Below are positions 18,965 to 27,262 of a DNA stretch of 64,000 nucleotides, piece after piece (position 1 is the stretch's first letter; every line of letters starts with the position of its first letter). This DNA comes from Chthoniobacterales bacterium (GTDB lineage: Bacteria; Verrucomicrobiota; Verrucomicrobiia; Chthoniobacterales; JAATET01). Where the stretch lies: positions 13,773-77,772 of the forward strand of contig JAATET010000132.1 of NCBI GenBank assembly GCA_015655545.1, in the 5' to 3' direction. Under the pieces are notes generated by a model. It was not told where the DNA came from. It worked only from the letters and a program-made list of their open reading frames with translations, and made no database searches. A program made the translations under genes and the position numbers.

Positions 18965-20326
18965 ATGGATAACCGGTCGGAAATCAAAAAGCAAATGGCA
19001 GCGGATGGCGTGGAATTCGTCCTCGCACAGTTCGTCGATGTGCACGGCGCAGCCAAGGTCAAAATGTGTCCCGCCAGCGCGTTGGACGCATTGATCGACG
19101 AGGGTGCGGGATTTGCCGGCGCCGCGGTGTGGGGCATGGGCCAGGGACCGCACTCCCACGACATGCTCGGCCGCGTCGATCTCGCGAGCTACACGCCGTT
19201 GCCGTGGCAGAGAAATACCGCGCGTTTTGCGAGCGACCTCTACGTGGACGGAAAGCCGCATCCTTATTGCCCGCGCGTAAATCTCAAGCGTGTGCTCGGC
19301 GCGATCGAGTCGAAGCACGGCTACCAGGCGAACATCGGCATCGAGCCCGAGCATTTTCTCGTGGTCCGGAAGCCGGAAGGCGGCATCGCCGTGTGGGATC
19401 CCCGCGGCGTCGATCAGCTCGCCAAGCCCTGCTACGATTTCAAAGGCATCGCGCCTGCGCTCGCCTATTTGCAGGACATCACGAACTACTGCAACGAACT
19501 CGGCTGGGGGGTCTACCAAGCCGACCACGAGGATGCGAACGGCCAGTATGAAGTCAACTTCGCCTACTCCGACGCGCTCACGACCGCCGACCGGCTCACG
19601 TTTTTCAAAATGATGACGAGCCAGGTGGCTCCGAAATACGGCGCGGTCGCCACGCACATGGCGAAGCCCTTCGCGGACCGCACGGGCAGCGGCGCGCATA
19701 TCCATTATCACCTCGCCAGCGCAGCCACCGGAGAAAATCTTTTCACCGACGAGGGCGACCCGCGGGAATTCGGGCTGTCGAAGATCGCCTATCATTTCCT
19801 TGCCGGCGTCCTCAAACACGCGCCCGCGCTCTGCGCCATCGCCTCGCCCACGCCAAATTGCTACAAGCGCCTGCAGGTCGGCCCCGTCCTCATGAGCTCT
19901 CGCTCCGGCTTCACCTGGACGCCCGCCTTCATCAGCTACGGAGACAACAACCGCACGCAGATGCTGCGCATTTGCGGACCCGGCCATATCGAGGACCGCA
20001 CGATTTCCTCCGCGGTAAATCCCTATCTGCTCTTCGCGGCCTACCTTTCCGCCGGTCTCGATGGCATCACGAACGAGCTGCCCATTGGAAATCCGAACCT
20101 CGGAAATCTCTACACCATGCCGCGCGCCGAGATCTACAAACGCGGCCTCGTCACGCTGCCGCAGTCGCTCCGTGAGGCGCTCATCGAGCTCGAGCAGGAC
20201 TCCGTCATTCTCGATTCGCTTGGCGCCATCCAGAGCGAATTCCTGAAAGTGAAATGGCAGGAATGGAACGAATACCACCTGCAAATCTCGCGTTGGGAGA
20301 CCGAGCAATACCTCACGCTCTTTTAG
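18965..20326 (+). CDS. Glutamine-synthetase-family gamma-glutamyl-amide ligase (GlnT/GmaS-like)
   Basis: 453 aa. GS catalytic-domain motifs 'QADHEDANGQYEVNF', 'MAKPFADRTGSGAHIHYHL' and 'NCYKRL'. Divergent from the split-GltB triplet, the arrangement known for gmaS-mgsABC. Confidence 0.85.
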   Translation: MDNRSEIKKQMAADGVEFVLAQFVDVHGAAKVKMCPASALDALIDEGAGFAGAAVWGMGQGPHSHDMLGRVDLASYTPLPWQRNTARFASDLYVDGKPHPYCPRVNLKRVLGAIESKHGYQANIGIEPEHFLVVRKPEGGIAVWDPRGVDQLAKPCYDFKGIAPALAYLQDITNYCNELGWGVYQADHEDANGQYEVNFAYSDALTTADRLTFFKMMTSQVAPKYGAVATHMAKPFADRTGSGAHIHYHLASAATGENLFTDEGDPREFGLSKIAYHFLAGVLKHAPALCAIASPTPNCYKRLQVGPVLMSSRSGFTWTPAFISYGDNNRTQMLRICGPGHIEDRTISSAVNPYLLFAAYLSAGLDGITNELPIGNPNLGNLYTMPRAEIYKRGLVTLPQSLREALIELEQDSVILDSLGAIQSEFLKVKWQEWNEYHLQISRWETEQYLTLF

Positions 20327-20338
20327 GCGGGCACCGTT

Positions 20339-21478
20339 GTGAAAACCTTCGACGTCGCCGTCCTCGGCGTGGGCGGCATGGGCAGCGCCGCCTGCCACCG
20401 CCTCGCGGAAGCGGGCCAGCGCGTGCTCGGCATCGACCGGTTCTCGATTCCGAACACGCGGGGCAGCTCCCACGGCGCCACGCGCATCCTGCGCCTCGGC
20501 CTGCACGAAAGCGCGAAATACGTGCCGCTGGTTTTGCGCGCCGTGGAATTATGGGACGAACTCGGCGAGCGCAGCGGGCAGCAGATTTTCCACCCCGTCG
20601 GCAGTCTCGATATTTCCGCCCCGGAACGCGCCATCTTCCAGGGTTCGCTCCGCTCCTGCCAGACTTGCGACATCGCTCACGAAGTCCTCGATGCCGCCGA
20701 AATCCGCAGGCGCCATCCCGCGATCCATCCCGCACCGGAAATGCAGGCCGTCTTCCAGCCCGGCTCCGGTTTTGTCGTCCCGGAAGCCGCCATCTCCGCA
20801 CAGGTAAATCTGGCGCTCGAAGCAGGCGCGGAAATTCACGGCCACGAGCGCGTGTTCGGCTGGGAGAAAATTTCCGGAGCCTACGTCATTCAAACCGATC
20901 GAGGCCGCTACGAAGCCGGACAAATCGTCATCACCGCCGGCGCGTGGATCGGAAAACTTCTCGCGGCGCACAACATCCCGGTGACGGCAGAGCGCTGCGT
21001 GCTGGGCTGGTTCGCCCCCACTCGGAACGCTCCGTCTTTTTCCGAAGACCGCCTGCCGGTCTGGATCGTGGATTCCGAAAAAACCGGCCACTTCTACGGA
21101 TTCCCGGTCCATGGCATTCCCGGATTCAAGCTCGGCCGCCTGCGCGAAACTCCGTCCGACGCGGCCGATCCGGAGTTGCCGCGCCGCGAGCCGGATCACG
21201 AGGACGAAACCGATTTGCGCGATTTCCTGCGCGAGATTTTTCCCGACGCGGACGGACCCGTCCTTTCCATGGAAACCTGCTTTTTCGAAAATACCCCCGA
21301 TCGTTCGCCCATCATCGACCGCGTGCCGGGCGAAGACGGCATCTGGGTCATCGGCGGCTTCAGCGGGCACGGTTTTAAATACGCGAGCGCCATCGGTGAG
21401 GTGGCCCGCGATCTCGTGCTGGAAGGCGAATCCGCATTCGATCTCACGCCATTTCGCGCCCATCGCTTCGCCGAATGA
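20339..21478 (+). CDS. Monomeric sarcosine oxidase / N-methyltryptophan oxidase (MSOX/SolA) family flavoprotein
   Basis: GTG start. FAD fold 'DVAVLGVGGMGSAA'. Flavinylation-region-like 'ETCFFENTPD' and 'GGFSGHGFKY'. 379 aa. Confidence 0.85.
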   Translation: MKTFDVAVLGVGGMGSAACHRLAEAGQRVLGIDRFSIPNTRGSSHGATRILRLGLHESAKYVPLVLRAVELWDELGERSGQQIFHPVGSLDISAPERAIFQGSLRSCQTCDIAHEVLDAAEIRRRHPAIHPAPEMQAVFQPGSGFVVPEAAISAQVNLALEAGAEIHGHERVFGWEKISGAYVIQTDRGRYEAGQIVITAGAWIGKLLAAHNIPVTAERCVLGWFAPTRNAPSFSEDRLPVWIVDSEKTGHFYGFPVHGIPGFKLGRLRETPSDAADPELPRREPDHEDETDLRDFLREIFPDADGPVLSMETCFFENTPDRSPIIDRVPGEDGIWVIGGFSGHGFKYASAIGEVARDLVLEGESAFDLTPFRAHRFAE

Positions 21479-22830
21479 AAAGCGCCTCTCCGTCCGAGTT
21501 GGAATTATTTTTCGACTACCTCCGTTTTCCATCCATCAGCGCCCAGCCCAGCCACCGCGGCGACTCGCGAGCCTGCGCCGCGTGGCTCGTCAAATTGCTC
21601 GCCTCATGGAATCTCCGCGCGGATCTTCACGAAACGAATGGCGCGCCCGTCGTCGTCGCCCGCACGGAGCCTCGCGCGGATGCCGGCACCATCCTGCTCT
21701 ATGGCCACTACGACGTGCAGCCGATCGAGCCCGCGGAGCTTTGGCAGACGCCGCCCTTCGAGCCCGCCGTGCGCGACGGCCGCGTCCACGCCCGGGGCGC
21801 GACGGACAACAAAGGCCAGACGTTCTCGCATCTCATCGGCCTGCGCCGCCTGCTCGGCCAAGGCCCGCTGCCCGCAAATCTGATCGTCGTCCTGGAAGGT
21901 GAAGAGGAAATCGGCAGTCCGAATCTCGGCCCATTTCTCCACGCTCATCGCGAGGAGCTGGCGTGCGACGTCGCGTTGATCTCCGACACGAGCATGATCG
22001 GGCCCGGCCGGCCCGCGCTCACGCTGGGACTGCGCGGCATCGCTTGTTTCGAAGTCGCCGTGCATGGCCCGCGCGTGGATTTGCACTCCGGCATGTTCGG
22101 CGGCGCGGCCTCAAATCCCGCCCAAACCCTCTCCCGCATCCTCGCACGGCTGCACGACGAAAATGGCCGCATCGCCATCACCGGAATCTACGACGACGTG
22201 CTCCCGATCTCCGAAATCGAGCGCGACGCATGGCGACAGCTGCCTTGGGATGAAAAATGGTTCGCGCAAACGACCGGCGCATCCACCAGCGCCGGCGAGA
22301 CCGGCATCCCGATCCTGGACCGCGTCTGGGCGCGCCCGACCGCCGAAATCAACGGCCTCACCAGCGGGCACCAAGGCCCGGGCTCAAAGACGATCATCCC
22401 CGCCGTCGCCACGGCCAAATTAAGCTTCCGTCTCGCTCCCCGGCAAAATCCCGAGCGCGTTTCCAAGCTCGTCGTCGAATGGTTCGAGCGCCAGTTCGAC
22501 GCGGCCGGCATGCGCGGGGAAATCTCGTTTGACCACGGCGGCGAGCCGTTCTACACGCCGCCGGACGACCCCTTTATCCAGGCGGCAATCGCCGCATTGT
22601 CCGATGTTTTCAGCCGCCCGCCCGCGCTCACGCGCGAAGGCCTCAGCATTCCGGTCGCCGCGATGCTTCAACAGGAATTGCAAGTCCCCGTCGTGCTGGC
22701 CGGCCTCGGGCTCCCCGACTGCAACGCCCATTCTCCGAACGAATCCTACCCGCTCGCCCACCTCGAGATCGGGGCGGATCTCTTCGCCGCGCTCATGGAA
22801 CGCTTCGCCGCGACCCGTCCAAAAAAGTAG
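21475..22830 (+). CDS. M20-family metallopeptidase / dipeptidase-like amidohydrolase
   Basis: 451 aa with 'LLYGHYDVQP' and 'ARGATDNKGQ'. ATGA overlap with the oxidase gene. Confidence 0.85.
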   Translation: MKSASPSELELFFDYLRFPSISAQPSHRGDSRACAAWLVKLLASWNLRADLHETNGAPVVVARTEPRADAGTILLYGHYDVQPIEPAELWQTPPFEPAVRDGRVHARGATDNKGQTFSHLIGLRRLLGQGPLPANLIVVLEGEEEIGSPNLGPFLHAHREELACDVALISDTSMIGPGRPALTLGLRGIACFEVAVHGPRVDLHSGMFGGAASNPAQTLSRILARLHDENGRIAITGIYDDVLPISEIERDAWRQLPWDEKWFAQTTGASTSAGETGIPILDRVWARPTAEINGLTSGHQGPGSKTIIPAVATAKLSFRLAPRQNPERVSKLVVEWFERQFDAAGMRGEISFDHGGEPFYTPPDDPFIQAAIAALSDVFSRPPALTREGLSIPVAAMLQQELQVPVVLAGLGLPDCNAHSPNESYPLAHLEIGADLFAALMERFAATRPKK

Positions 22831-22862
22831 TCCTCCACCAAAAAAGAACCCACTATCCGACC

Positions 22863-24272
22863 ATGAACGAGATCAATTTGTTCCGCGGGAAAATGGAAAG
22901 CGCCTGCGTCAGCGAGCCCGCGATCAAAGCCTTCGAGCGCGCCTACGGCCAGCTCGTCGCGAACGAAACCGCGATGCTCCCGGAGAGCGCGATCACGCCG
23001 GTCAATTCGCTTCCCGGAGCCGACGAACTTCCCGAGCCTTCCGCCGCCGAAACCGCCGCGCTGCTGGCCCAAAGCGCCATTCTCAAGCTCAACGGCGGCC
23101 TCGGCACCAGCATGGGCCTTGAAAAAGCAAAATCGCTGCTCGAAGTCCGGCCGGGCGTCACTTTTCTCGATCTCATCGCACGGCAGATTTCGCATTTTCG
23201 CAAAACCAGCGGCGCGAACGTCCGCTTCCTGCTGATGAACAGCTTCAGCACCAGCGCCGACACCCGGGAGTTTCTCGCCCGGCATCCGGAGCTCGGCTCC
23301 GCCGGCTCCATCGAGCTCCTGCAAAACAAGACGCCGAAGATCGACGCCGCCACGCTGAAGCCCGTCGAGTGGCCCGCAAACCCGGAGCACGAGTGGTGTC
23401 CTCCCGGCCACGGCGATCTTTATCCCGTGCTCGCCAGCTCCGGCGCGCTCGACCGCCTGCTCGCCGATGGCGTGCTCTATCTCTTCGTCTCGAATTCCGA
23501 CAACCTCGGCGCGACGCTCGATCCGAAACTCCTGAAATGGTTCGCCGATTCCGGCGCGCCGTTCGCCATGGAAGTCACCGCGCGCACCCCCTCGGACCGC
23601 AAAGGCGGCCACCTCGCACGGAGCAAAGGCTCCGCCAACCCGGAGGACGGCACGCTCCTTCTGCGCGAGTCCGCCCAATGTCCCGACGCCGATCTGGAGG
23701 CGTTTCAAAACATCGAGCGTCATCGATTTTTCAACACGAACAACCTCTGGCTGCGGCTCGACCGGCTGAAGGAAATTCTCGGAAAATCCGGAGGATTCCT
23801 GCCGTTGCCGGTCATTCAAAACAAAAAGACCGTCGATCCGCGCGATAAGAAATCCACGCCCGTCTTCCAGCTGGAGTCCGCCATGGGCGCGGCCGTGGAA
23901 TGCTTTCCCGATTCCGTGGCGATCTCGGTCCCGCGCACGCGCTTCGCTCCCGTCAAAACGACCGCCGACCTGCTTACCCTTCGCTCGGACGCCTACCTCT
24001 TTGCAAACGATGGCACCGTGCAACTCGCTCCGGAGCTCGGCGGCGTGCCGCCCAAAGTCGATCTCGACGAAAACTACCGGCTCGTCGATCAGCTGGACGC
24101 CGCGCTCCTCGCCGGCGCACCCTCCCTTAAACGTTGCCGCAGCCTGAAGCTGTCCGGCCCCGTCTGCTTTTCATCCCAGGCCATTTTCGAGGGCGACCTC
24201 ACGATCATCAACCCTTCCTCTGCGAGAGCTCTTCTTTCACCCGGCACTCATGCCGGAATTCTGCGTCTCTGA
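22863..24272 (+). CDS. UTP-glucose-1-phosphate uridylyltransferase, eukaryote-type UDPGP family
   Basis: 469 aa with 'LKLNGGLGTSMG', 'FLLMNSFSTS', 'WCPPGHGDLY', 'VSNSDNLGA' and 'KGGHL', the UDPGP (not GalU) signature layout. Confidence 0.85.
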   Translation: MNEINLFRGKMESACVSEPAIKAFERAYGQLVANETAMLPESAITPVNSLPGADELPEPSAAETAALLAQSAILKLNGGLGTSMGLEKAKSLLEVRPGVTFLDLIARQISHFRKTSGANVRFLLMNSFSTSADTREFLARHPELGSAGSIELLQNKTPKIDAATLKPVEWPANPEHEWCPPGHGDLYPVLASSGALDRLLADGVLYLFVSNSDNLGATLDPKLLKWFADSGAPFAMEVTARTPSDRKGGHLARSKGSANPEDGTLLLRESAQCPDADLEAFQNIERHRFFNTNNLWLRLDRLKEILGKSGGFLPLPVIQNKKTVDPRDKKSTPVFQLESAMGAAVECFPDSVAISVPRTRFAPVKTTADLLTLRSDAYLFANDGTVQLAPELGGVPPKVDLDENYRLVDQLDAALLAGAPSLKRCRSLKLSGPVCFSSQAIFEGDLTIINPSSARALLSPGTHAGILRL

Positions 24273-24330
24273 AATCGGGCAGGTATTAATCTTTTGCTAA
24301 TTCATTGCTTCGCGTTATTTACCGGCCTGA

Positions 24331-27231
24331 ATGACTGTTTTCTCCGAAAAAATCGAAAGGACAGCCCCCTTTCGTCGTCTCTGCTTCCTTTTCACTCTGT
24401 TTTGCTGGCTTGCCGCCACCCCCCTCGTCGCGCATCCGGTAATCACGGAGTTCCTGGCGTCGAACAAAAAAAACCTTGCGGACGAGGACGGGAACTTTTC
24501 CGACTGGATCGAAATTTATAACCCCGACCCCGATGCCGCCAATCTCGACGGATGGTATCTGACCGACAACGCATCCAAGAAGACCAAGTGGCGGTTTCCC
24601 GCGGTCATAATGCCTCCGGGCGGATTTCTCGTCGTCTTTGCCTCCGGAAACGATCGCCGCGACCCCGCGGGAGAGTTACATACCAACTTCAGCATCGATG
24701 CCGATGGGGAATACCTCGGACTTCTCATGCCCGATGGCACCGTCGCCAGTGAGTTCGCGCCGAGCTTTCCCAAGCAATTCACCGATGTCTCCTACGGCAG
24801 CACCCAGCTCGACGACGATGGCGCGGCGACGTCTGGCTACTTCTACACGCCGACCCCGGGCGCTCCCAACACCGGCACGCCCGGCCTGCCGGAGAACCCG
24901 GTTTTCTCCCGCCCGGCGGGCGTCTTCACAGAGACGGCCACCATCGCGATCGGCGGCGCCTCGCCGGGTCAGAAAATCCGCTACGTTCTCGCTCCCTCCA
25001 GCGCCAGCGGGGCGGACGTTCCCGAGCCCACGGCCGCCTCGCCGGAGTATATCGCTCCTTTTTCCATCACGGAATCCGTCATCGTGCGGGCCGCGGTCTT
25101 TTCGGGCGACGATTCGCAACGCGGCCGGGTATCGGCCAGAGAGTATGTGCGGTTGGAAACCTTCGGCTCCGGCCGCCTCGATACCTTCTCCAGCAACCTC
25201 CCGATCGTCGTCATGGACGACCATGGATTCGGCGGCCTGGCCAACGACAACACGAAACACTCCGCATGGCTGCATGTCTTCGCGGCCGGCGCGCCGCTCT
25301 CGGAAGCGGTGTCGTTTTCCACTCCGGTCTCGGCCAAAGTTCGCGGCTCCTCGTCCGGCGACTTCCCCAAGAAAAGCTACTCCCTCGATCTGCTCGACGA
25401 ATGGGGAAACAACGCAAATTACTCCCTGCTCAGCCTTTCCTCCGCGAACGACTGGAGCCTCATTTCTCCCTGGTATTTCGACCGGGCTTACATCCGAAAC
25501 GCCTTTATTTACTCGCTGAGCCGCCAGCTCGGCCATTGGGCGCCGCAGATTCGCTTTGCGGAAATGTTCTTCAATACCGATGGCGGATCCCTCGGTCTTT
25601 CCGACTACGCCGGGATCACCGCCGTCACCGAGGCGATCAAGGTCGGCAAAAATCGCCTCGATATCGCCTCGCTTTCCCCCTCCGACGTCACCGAACCCGA
25701 AATCACCGGCGGCTATATCCTCAAGGTCGACCGGCTCGATTCCGATGAATACGGGTGGATCACCGACTTCAATCTTGCCTCCGTCGTCGTCGCCTCTCCC
25801 AAGGCTGCCAAACTCCCGCAAGTTCAGCGCGACTACATTCGCAATTACGTTCAACAATTCGAGAATGCGCTTCTGGCCGATTCGGCCTCCGGCTGGGCCA
25901 CGCGCGGCTATCGCGAATTCCTCGACACCGGCTCCTGGATCGATCGTCACATCCTGGACGCGATGAGCAACAACGTCGATGCCATCGTTCTCAGTTCCTT
26001 TTTCTACAAGGATCGCAATGGCAAGCTCGTGGCCGGTCCGGTCTGGGATTACGACCGTTCCATGGGTGCCGCCGACGACCGCACCCTCGCCTGGAATGCC
26101 TGGATCTCCAGCGACTGGACCGGGGGTTGGTATGGCGTGCTCTTTCGCGATCCGGAATTCATGCAAGCCTGGATCGACCGCTGGCAGGATTTGCGCCAAA
26201 ACGAGCTTTCCGAATCCAACCTGAACGCGCTTGTCGATCAGCTGGCGGATGAGATCGGGTCGGAGGCCGCCGCGCGCGATGCCGCCCGATGGCCCGATAA
26301 CCAAAGCCGCTTCGCCGGTGGTTTCGCCGGGGAAGTCGCCTATCTGAAAAGCTGGATAAGTAACCACACGCAATGGATGGATGAGCAATTCCTGCCCCCG
26401 CCCACGGTTGAATTTGATGACAACAAGCTGGTTGTCACTCCGCCATCCGGAGCGCAACTCGCCTATACGCTCAATGGCGAAGATCCCCGCGCGATCGGCG
26501 GCGGCTTTGCACCAGGCGCCCGGCTGACCTCGCAGCCCATTACCTTCTTTCACACGGTAAATTTGATGACGCGCAGTTACCGCTCGGATTTTTACAGCCA
26601 CTTTCCTGGGTCCCCCTGGAGTTCATCCGAGTCGTTCGACCAGCGATTTCACTTTCGCTTCGATTCTCCGCCCACCCCGACGCCCACCCCGACGCCCACC
26701 CCGACGCCCACCCCGACGCCCACCCCGACACCAACTCCGACGCCAACTCCGACACCAACCCCGACACCAACCCCGACGCCGACCGCGACACCAACTCCGA
26801 CACCAACCCCGACGCCGACCGCGACGCCAACTCCGACACCAACCCCGACGCCAACTCCGACTCCGAACAGCAACGCGGTGACGAATTCAGGCGCGTCTCC
26901 TCTTTACACCGTCGACGTATCCCGTGGCGGACTGCATATTCACCTCCGCATCGCTTCGGTCCGCTCAGGCAGCCGGGTGGATGTAAGGCTGACAAATCTC
27001 CGCCGCGTTTCCATCCGGGAATGGAGAGTTCGCCTGCAATTCCACAAGCGGCTCCTTTCGTTCAAGGGAGCTGGGGTCACGAAGCAAAGCTTCATCTATA
27101 CCTTCAAGGACCATTCCCGTCAGCCATTCGCGCTCCAGCCCAGCCACCGCCTGCACTTCCGCTTTCATACGGCCTCCGCTCCGGATGATATCCGTCTGAA
27201 ATCGGTGATGGTGCGCTCGGGTGGCCGTTAG
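24331..27231 (+). CDS. Secreted multidomain CotH-kinase-family protein with N-terminal lamin-tail domain, Pro-Thr linker and basic C-terminal module
   Basis: Signal peptide 'LFTLFCWLAATPLVA'. LTD-like 'ITEFLASN...DWIEIYNP...LDGWYLTD'. CHB_HEX_C-like segment. CotH core ('GGYILKVDR', 'YFYKDRNGKLVAGPVWDYDRSMG'). A 66-residue (PT)n linker is followed by a 120-aa R/H/K-rich tail. Confidence 0.8.
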   Translation: MTVFSEKIERTAPFRRLCFLFTLFCWLAATPLVAHPVITEFLASNKKNLADEDGNFSDWIEIYNPDPDAANLDGWYLTDNASKKTKWRFPAVIMPPGGFLVVFASGNDRRDPAGELHTNFSIDADGEYLGLLMPDGTVASEFAPSFPKQFTDVSYGSTQLDDDGAATSGYFYTPTPGAPNTGTPGLPENPVFSRPAGVFTETATIAIGGASPGQKIRYVLAPSSASGADVPEPTAASPEYIAPFSITESVIVRAAVFSGDDSQRGRVSAREYVRLETFGSGRLDTFSSNLPIVVMDDHGFGGLANDNTKHSAWLHVFAAGAPLSEAVSFSTPVSAKVRGSSSGDFPKKSYSLDLLDEWGNNANYSLLSLSSANDWSLISPWYFDRAYIRNAFIYSLSRQLGHWAPQIRFAEMFFNTDGGSLGLSDYAGITAVTEAIKVGKNRLDIASLSPSDVTEPEITGGYILKVDRLDSDEYGWITDFNLASVVVASPKAAKLPQVQRDYIRNYVQQFENALLADSASGWATRGYREFLDTGSWIDRHILDAMSNNVDAIVLSSFFYKDRNGKLVAGPVWDYDRSMGAADDRTLAWNAWISSDWTGGWYGVLFRDPEFMQAWIDRWQDLRQNELSESNLNALVDQLADEIGSEAAARDAARWPDNQSRFAGGFAGEVAYLKSWISNHTQWMDEQFLPPPTVEFDDNKLVVTPPSGAQLAYTLNGEDPRAIGGGFAPGARLTSQPITFFHTVNLMTRSYRSDFYSHFPGSPWSSSESFDQRFHFRFDSPPTPTPTPTPTPTPTPTPTPTPTPTPTPTPTPTPTPTPTATPTPTPTPTPTATPTPTPTPTPTPTPNSNAVTNSGASPLYTVDVSRGGLHIHLRIASVRSGSRVDVRLTNLRRVSIREWRVRLQFHKRLLSFKGAGVTKQSFIYTFKDHSRQPFALQPSHRLHFRFHTASAPDDIRLKSVMVRSGGR
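26668..26865 (+). repeat. In-frame hexa/dodecanucleotide tandem repeat encoding the (Pro-Thr)n linker
   Basis: 198 bp of CCN-ACN repeats. The first ~48 bp (about 26671-26718) are four perfect 12-bp units 'cccaccccgacg'; later units are degenerate (ccaact/ccaacc/gcgaca). Confidence 0.95.
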
Positions 27232-27262
27232 AAGCAGGCTGGCCTGACCCGAGGTGAATTTT

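Noticed and set aside
16096-20506. Long ORFs 16096..18006 (+) and 18647..20506 (-) across the amine cluster
   Set aside because: They are shadows of the GltB-domain genes and of the GS-like gene respectively, with Arg/Gly/Ala-rich low-information sequence.
24466-24473. Homopolymer tracts (A8 at 24466-24473 in the CotH gene, T9 at 18633-18641, A9 at 43045-43053, and others) as phase-variation switches
   Set aside because: Each is simply consecutive Lys (AAA) or Phe (TTT) codons. Comparable runs occur in housekeeping genes in the window, so there is no enrichment in surface genes. It cannot be excluded without population data.
26668-26865. Tandem repeat considered as a CRISPR array or non-coding minisatellite
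   Set aside because: The unit is only 6-12 bp, with no spacers. It is perfectly in frame, encodes a Pro-Thr linker inside a long ORF, and no cas genes are present.
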